Shown here one piece after another: positions 48,103 through 57,100 of a stretch of 64,000 nt of DNA. The notes under the pieces are model-generated. The model ran no database searches and was not told where the DNA came from. It worked only from the letters and a program-made list of their open reading frames with translations. The position numbers and the translations under genes are program-made. The stretch covers positions 59,396,001 to 59,460,000 of the forward strand of contig CM097885.1 in assembly GCA_044892525.1 (NCBI GenBank), written 5' to 3'. This stretch comes from Schmidtea polychroa (Eukaryota). Within the stretch, counting starts at the first letter, position 1, and every line of letters starts with the position of its first letter.

Positions 48103-51100
48103 TCATTCTCTGTTCGCATAATTTTCGATCATCGTCAATAATCCTCCTAATATTTCGAAATCTAATCGATCTTTTGCCCATCCGGGTAGTTTTATCTTTA
48201 CCTCTCGTACGATTTTTTCCGCTTCCGATGGTTGTATGCCCGATCGTCCAGTGATCGGTTCTGCGAGTTGTTGCATCATATTCATTCTGTAAGTTTGCGA
48301 ACGTGTGGTTAATGTTCGACCTTCCGGTTGACTGGTGGCGGTTTTTGGAATTGATTTACATCGTGCCACGTTTACGTATATTGGCCTGGTGAATGGATTA
48401 TTTACCAATTTCACTCTTACATTGGTTTCGCCTACAAATAGAATCTCATATGGTCCTTTTCCGTTGCGTTGTAACTTTTTTGTGGTTCCTGGAATTAATT
48501 CCGGGGTTTCTATCATTACCCAATCACCTGTTTGAAACGTATGTTGCTTCACGTTTTTCTTTCGATCGTGTAAATCTTTATAACTTTCCTGGTAGAACTT
48601 GATATTTAATCCCGCAGTTTCCCAAATTTCTTGCATCCTTTCCTTGAATTTCGTAACATAATCATCGATCTCCATATACTGCGATATCGGTGGTTGGTAT
48701 TCCAGGTCCATTGGCATATTACATTCTCTTCCGTACATTAATTTGAATGGGCTCATTTTTGTTGATGCGTGAATCGACATTCTGTACGCCATAAGACATA
48801 GGTTTATATATTCGTCCCAATCTCGTTGGTGACGGTCGACGTAGTTTGATAACATTTGTATAAGCGTTCCATTAAATCTTTCCGTCATCCCATTGGTTTG
48901 AGGGTGATATGGAGATGTTCTTAGTTTTGCTATTTTGAAGTAATTTGTTACTTCGCTCATTATCTCACTCATAAAATTAGTTCCCTGATCGGTTAATATT
49001 TGTTTTGGTGTTCCATATCGGCAACATATCTCTTCTACCAAAATTTTTGCGATTGTTTTAGCTTTTTGGTCTGGCATCGCGAATGCTTCTGGGAATTTCG
49101 TAAGAAAGTCTGTAATCACTAGAATGTAAACGTTTCCTTTATCTGACTCTGGTAGTGGACCAACTACGTCCATGGATATCATTGTCATTGGTTCTATTGG
49201 TACTGGCATTGGCGTTAGAGGTGCTTTCCATTTCGATCCAGTATTCTTCCTGGTTGCACAAGTTAGACAATTTTTCACCCATTCGGTTACATCTTCAGTT
49301 AACGTAGGCCAAAAATATTTCTGTTTCATTCTTGCTAACGTCTTTTTCGATGACATATGTCCTCCCAATCTCCCATCGTGATATTGCGTTAGTAACTCTT
49401 TTCGTCGGTTTTCCGGTATACACATTAATCGTTTTTCCCCATCCATTATCAGCAGCCAATCTTTCTCTATAATATATCGGTGTCGGTGTTTATCCATATG
49501 TTCTTTTAATTTTTGGTCTTTCGCATATACATCTGTCTTTCCGGTTTTTACATACTCGATAATTTGTTTTAATTCCGCGTCCTCTTGTTGGTCCTTTCGC
49601 AATTGACAGAAATCCAAATCTTCCGCTACCATTAAGCATATGCGTTGCATTTCTGAATCCACCAAATCTGGGAAAATAAATCTTGACATACAATCGGCGT
49701 TGGCATTTGCTCTTCCTGCTTTGAATTTTATAAATGGGGAGTATTCTTGCAATTGCATAGCCCATCTCATTAGTCTACTGGACGCTTCTTTATGTTGCCC
49801 TAACCACACTAATGGTTGATGATCTGTGGTTATGCATATCTCATGTCCCCATAGTAAATATCGGAAGTGTTTGATAGCTTGTATTATAGCCAATGCTTCT
49901 CGTTCTGTTACCGAATAGTTCTTTTCGTGCTTTTTGAATGTTCGACTGTAATACCCGATTACTCTCTCTTTTCCTTCATCGTCTAATTGTCCCAGAATCG
50001 CGCCTGCCGCGTACCCGCTTGCATCCGTTGCCAATAGAAATGGCTTCTTAAAATCTGGGTGTACGAGGATAGGTGCTTCGATTAGTTTATCTCTCAGCGT
50101 TTCGAACGCCTGTTGTTGTTCTTTTTCCCAAATGAACGAAATATCCTTCTTTACTAATTCCTGGATTGGTTTTGCAATTCCTGCATAATTTTTGATAAAT
50201 TTGCGATAGTATCCGCATAATCCTAGAAATTCCTGAACTTGGGTGACAGTTTTCGGTGCTGGACATGTTTTTATTTTCTCAATGTTTCTTGGATCTGGCT
50301 CCTTTCCTTTAGCTGACACTATGTGTCCTAAAAACGTGACTTTTTCCTTTGCCCAATCGCATTTTGAAGGTTTGAGCTTGAGTTTCCATTGTCTTAATCT
50401 AATAAATACATTTCGGATATCCTCCAGATGTTGTTCGAATGTCGCTGAATAGATTAGCAAATCATCAATATATACCATACATTGTTTGATTCCATGAGTG
50501 ACAAAGTTCATACACCGTTGAAATGATGCTGGTGCATTGGTCAGTCCGAATGGCATCTTCCGGAATTGATATAGATCTCGTCCCAGCGTGAAAGCTGTTT
50601 TCTCTTTGTCCTCATCTTTGACTTTAATCTGCCAGTATCCACTTTTTAGATCTAAAGAAGTAAAATATGCTGCCCCTTCCAACATCAATAACATCTCATT
50701 GATGTCCGGCAATGGATAGGTATCTCTCTTGGTTACTGCGTTTAACTTCCGATAATCGATACAGAATCGTTGGGTGCCATCTTTCTTTTTTACCATGACC
50801 ACTGGGAATTGCCAGGGTGAGCAACTCGGTTCGATTACTTTTGCGTCTAGCATCTTTTGTACTTCTGCTTCAGCTATTTCTTTTTGCATTTCTGCTAGCT
50901 TGTATGGTCTTAATGCAATTGGAGTTTCATCTATGAGGGGTATTGCATGTAGGGTAACATCGCATGTACCCAAGTCTAAATCTGAGATGGCGAATATATC
51001 TTTATATTCTACCAACAATCGGTGCAATTTTTTCTTTTCATCATTCGTCAACAACATACTATCTATTGTCCATAATTCATCATCTTTGATCATTTCGTGG

Positions 51101-54100
51101 GTCACTTTCGGTAATTCTATGTCTATCATTGGGGTCAATCTTCCCAATTTTTCGTTCTCATAAATGATTTTGTCTTCCTCTTCGAAATTCGTGATGTTGA
51201 GCGGTATCACTCCTTCTTGGTTTATTGTGATTATTTCCCTTGCGAGTGGTAACTCTCGTCGCTTTTCAAATGACTTGCTTGGTTCAAAGATAACTTCTCC
51301 TTCCATACCCGTATCCACTTTTATCTGACAAATCATCTGCGATTTTGCTGGTACTATTATTTTTTCTGGACATCTGATTACTGCATTCATTTTGCATATT
51401 CTACCGGTTTTGTCTTTTAAACACATGGTTGTTAAATCGATCACCACTTCTTTTAATAATTCCGGCATCAGGTCCGTTCCGATTATGCATGGTACGCTAA
51501 GTTTTGGTATTACTGCCAAATACGTTTCAATTTCGTTGTCCTGGTATCTCAATGTAGTCCACCATCTTCCGACCACGTCCACCGTTTCTTTACTACATGC
51601 TATGATGTAAATTGTTGTTGATTCGATATCTTTCCAGTGCTTACTGGGGATTTGATTAATCGCTATCGCTGATACATTAGCTCCGGTGTCTATCATAGCA
51701 TTGGTCTCTTTACCATTGATTTGAATCATGACTGTCACTGCTGGACCTCCAGGTAAACTCATCGCTGCTATTGTTCTTACGTCATCTGCTTGATCTACAC
51801 TTTTGGTACGTCGTGTTGGCATATAATGCATACCGGGTTGACTCGGTAATTGCGGATACATGTTTTGTGTCATGGTCAAAGCTGCTTGTGGTCCCACGAT
51901 ATCCGGTGGTATATAGCTTCCATTGGCGATCCAGGTGTTTGTCTTTTCCTTTTCCCAATATGGTGCTGTTTCCATTGGTTTTTCGTTTGGGTTTCTGGTT
52001 GGATATAGACATTTATCGTTCCCGTTATCATCGTCGTCACTATCGCTGTTAGATGATTGACTTCTAAATCGGTCCAAAAATTTTGGCTTATTCTTTTTCA
52101 ATTGTCGTCTTGTTACTTCATCGTACATTACTTTCCGGAATCGTCTGCCCACTTCCTCGTCGGTTCCTTTAATCTTTGTTAGAATTTTAATCAATCGCTT
52201 TATCCGATGGATGTCTTTTGAGTGACCATGTAATACCATGGTTTTAGCTAAAAATGGTAGAAAGCCTACTATCATTTTCCAGTTAACTTTCTTTTCCCGC
52301 TTGTATATATCAAAACAAGCTAACATTTGTGTTAATATTACCCTGACTATCTGAATTATGAGTATGATCCCTAATATCCCGGCCATCATTTGTCCAAAAA
52401 CTAAGAATCTTCCCCACATTGCTTTCATCATGTTTGATGTGGCTTGTTGAAAATGGTCTGGCGATAGTAGCAGCTCGTAATTCGGGCCTGATTGATAATT
52501 TGTTCCCCCCGTTATTGTAACCATATTTGACAAAATGGATTCTCGTCTGGCTGGGAAGAGTACGTTAAGTCGTGCTGTTTCTAGATCTTCTGGGGAATAC
52601 ATACCACCGTTTGACACGTCTATAGGTTTGAAATCCAGCTCTGTGGCGAGTTCTATTAATCCAAATTTCTTGGGTTCCTCGGATATGGTTTTTCCCGGTA
52701 GCATCATCCATTTCCCATCGGGTCTTTCATATAAAGGTCCGTATGCATTAGAACAGTTAAAGAGATTTGGGTAGAAACCCACTGGATTCATAATTCTCGT
52801 GACTGGTTGGACGAATCGATTTTGTCCCTTATAACGGATTTCTAATTCGTTTGCACATCTCTTTTCGGGTAGTATGGATTTTTCTGGCATTCGTGCATAC
52901 GTCTTGGTACACTGGTATGTGTACATCACTTCTCCTACCATTCTACCAAAATGTCCGTCTGGTAATGGGAGTGATGGCATCGTGTTATCTGGGTGTGTTA
53001 TCGCAATAGCTAGCTTTGTTTTCAATATTTCTTTATTCAATGAACAATCGTTTTGTATCAGATCGTAATATACTTTTTGCAAGGTCGTTTGTCCGCGATG
53101 AAATAGAAAATCCATTTTATTATTTGCATATAAGTATAGTTTTACGTCCTCCGTTGCTATCTTTCCCACTGCTCTATCGATTATTTGTCTCGACATATAG
53201 ATACCTGCGTAATTGGTTTTATATACTATACTGTCACATTTGGTAGTTTCTTTCTCTTTGATAAATCTCATACCTAGATCTGGATCGTCCGTGATTAATG
53301 CTGTTGGTGTCTTCTGCGTTGAGAGTCTCTTTTCTCTGGGAGATGGTGGCATTGGTTTTCCATTTCGCATTCTCACTCTGTCGTTTCCATCCTCGTCGTT
53401 CTCGTTCTCATAAATTTCTCCTTTTACTTCATTGAACAAAGCACTTTTTAACAGTTGGAGTCGGCATTTTTGGGTATTAGCTTCATAGATTATAGTTGAT
53501 ACTCCTGTCCTGCATACGTTTTCTGTAGCTCTACACGCTGGGTTGGTCTTCATTTGGTAATTATTTGCGTCAAATTGCGCTTCGTATTCCTTTAGTTCAA
53601 CCGTATAGGACTCAATCACTACTACCCCCGATATTACCTCGCCTCGGATCGTATACGTACCTCCGTTACATGACCCATCTGATGATTTTACTTTTCCGGA
53701 TACGTAAACGCTTTCGGTTTTAATCATTCCAGTTTGTCCGTGAATCGTCACTCCGTTATGCATTTTTAGCGCTCCGGTTCTAAATAGCTCTTTACAGTCC
53801 TCTCGTTGTATTGATACGATTTCTTTATCCAGACCGGGTAGTATAAGAGTCGAATACGAATATTGTCCACAGTAATATGCGAGTACCTTTTTTGATACTA
53901 CGCATTCCCTTGCTTGCGTTCTGATGAAATCTGATTCTTGATATACATGGTAAGTAACTTTTGTTCTTACTATGTCTAATTTGTTGGGTGATGCTTGTCT
54001 GCATTCTTCTATGTCTCTCAATGAGTATTTATCTCTCATTATCATATTATCACAATCGTAGATGGTAAAACCCGTTGCTCCACTTGTGCACAACATCCAT

Positions 54101-57100
54101 ATCATCATAGTCATCATTAACGAATTTATCGATGCTTTTCGGCTTGCTGGGTCTTTCATGGGTAGTTCCCATTCTAGTTCATTCAACAACTTCTTCAATC
54201 TAACTTGCATCGACCTTTCTTGCTCATTTTTTCGTGGCGCTTGTATCAGTCTTTTCCATCCTCCGGCACGAATAATATGTGGTTCAATAGTATTCTCTAT
54301 GATTGAAACAGTTATTTCCACGTGATTTGCAAATTGTTTATTTGGTATTTTCCTCGCAGCTAGTCCCATCAAATTATACATCAAATAAGTGATTACCACT
54401 AGATGATGTTCGTCATCATTTGCATTTGTCGTGAGCTGTTCGATCACTCTCTTCGTTTCGTCCCAATCTGTTTTGGTGGTTTTCGTTTTCTCTTTGATTA
54501 ACTTTGGGATTATCCCCGAAACGATGTGCCATAATTGTCTAGCTTCCGTACTGGCTACTTTCCGTTGCCACAAACGTCTAAGTTGTGGGTTTGTTATTAT
54601 TAACATATCTTTGATCAATTCTCGTATCCATTTTTCTCCTCTTTCAATCGTTGGTTGGGCTTCCTTTAGATCCCATACTATTTTATCCAATTTTTCTAAT
54701 CGAACTTGCCCTTGTTCTTGCTTTAATTGTTCTTTGGTTTTAAACTCAGACTTTTCTCCTTGTTTCTTAGGTCTTCCTTTTGCCCGTTTTTCCATCATCG
54801 TTCCGGCTTCTCTGGTATTTTCGTAATTCGGATTTCTTTCGTTATCCGTTCTGGGTAATGAGCTATCGTTATTTCTTAGCCACTCATTCCATTCATCTAT
54901 TATTTTATCGGTTTGACCTTCTGGTGTTACTTTCGTTGGTTCTCTTTGTTTCTGGAATTGTTCATCCGTTTCGGTTTCCGTAGTATTGTCGATGATTTCT
55001 TTGATGTTTAGTTTCGTTGGTTGTTGATAACTCGTTGAAGGCTGGTTATTAGTCCACATTTCGGCTCCTGTCGGCCATCTCACTAATAGCGGTGATCTTT
55101 CTCCTGGTTCATCGTCACTATCTTCCAGGATTATCTCTTCAACTTCTTCAGTTTCATTAGATTTACTTGGTGGTTTGTTCGGACTTGGAGTACTCAAACT
55201 GCCTTTTGTTGGTTTAGTAATTTTACTTTTCCTTTTTAACGGTTTCCCCAACGTTTCTGCCATTGTTAATACATTTGTCTCTTCCAATCTCATGGGTGTT
55301 ATTCCGACGTCTGCATTATCGTCTAGTGATTTTCCGAACAGTTGCAGATGGAATGGAGTTTCATATGCTAATTTCTTTTTTAATTCTCTAATTTTTGTTG
55401 TTGGATGCACCTCTAGTTCCTCGATGCTCTTGTCTGGATACTTGACTCGGATGTGATACCTCTCCTGAGTGTCTTGTGCCCATTCCTGATTTCTCCATTT
55501 TCGAATAATTTGTTCCAGCTGTTCTGGATACCATTCATTATATTGCCGGTATTCCTCTATTGTTTTCGCCATTTCTCTCAGATTGTGGATGTTCTCTGAT
55601 GTCTTTAAGATGATGTTAGCCAACGCTACTACTTGGCGTTTTTGGTTTTTCGCTCCCATTGCTAAGATATCGCCTAATTGTTTATATCTTTCTTTCTCTT
55701 CTCGTTCTCTTGCTTCCGTCGCTTCCTCGCCGTCCATATCAGCATATTCACGTTCCTTTTTTCTCATTGCATGAATATGTCTCGCTTCATTTTCGCTTTC
55801 TGATGTGACATCCGTCTCGCCTTCGTCATCTGATGTCTGTTCCCTTGCTTCCTCTTCATATTCTGGAGGTTCCTCTTCTTCTTCCTCCGATTCACTTTCT
55901 GTCTCACCAATGTCTGTTTCTACGAAGATTCCTTTCTGGATTTCCCATTCCTTATTTTCTGCATTCCACACTCTTTCCCATGGGGTTCGTCTGCAGGATC
56001 TGGTATTTAGTTTCGTGATTTTTCCTTGTAGTTCTTTTTCTTTTAACCATTGTTGGTGGATTTCAATTATTTCTGTAGATTTTTGATATAACGTTTTCAT
56101 CCGGTCTCGTATTTCTTTTTGATAGGTTACATCTCTTGTTCGAAATTCATCCATTGGTACTATCCTGATTATCTGATGATTGTCCCACATACCCATTTCG
56201 CTTAACGAGGTGTCGTCCTCCGCTCGTAATATTATTTTATCGTACATCATGACTACATCATCCACCATACCATCACTACTTTCGCTACGTACCTTTTCCG
56301 TTATCTCTTGGTTTATTTTTGATACCAAGTCATCTACTGTACTCTGATTGCTCATTTTTATTCGTCGTTTTTCTTCGTTCGGTAACCATATAGTTATTTC
56401 CAACCTCTGTGGCTGGGTTTCTTTTAACCTTCCATATTTGTGGATTAAATTTATGGTTCTCCAATCACTCATCCGGAGCATTTCTGTATCTCGCAATCGG
56501 CTCATTAGTTCGTACATGGCTGGGGCTCGTCTGGTGATGAGTAAATCCCAGTTGTCTTCTACTTGTTCTTGAATTTGTTTGATCAGCTTATCCAGGTTTC
56601 GTCTCAAAGTACATTGTTTTATTTGTTCTAATTTCAATTTAATATTAAAATCATATTCTGCCTTGGCATCTTTAGCCCAATCGTAAAGGTTGGCTGGTTG
56701 TTTTTCTTTATGCAACTTCAGTATTTGCGTTTCTCCTGGCCATATTAGTGCATCTACTAAGTGCATATCTGGTTTGATCTGTTCTCCTTGGTATTGATAC
56801 AGATATTCTTTCTTTCTCGAACTTCCCAAATGTTCCCGTATCCAATCGAAAAGTTCGTCGGTGACTGTATTTTTTATCCACATTCTTTCAAGTCCTCTAC
56901 TCGTTCCGATTTTTATTACATACCGCGTGGTATCGGCCTGCTTCATTTTTTCCATATACTTTTTTATAATTGATTTTTCCTCGTTTGGTATTAAATCTTT
57001 CTCGTTTCTTTCCAATTTCATCACTTTTTGTACGAATCGCCTGAATGGTATTACATCGATGAACTCTTGGTTCCTCACTACTACTGGGAGTATTTCGGCT

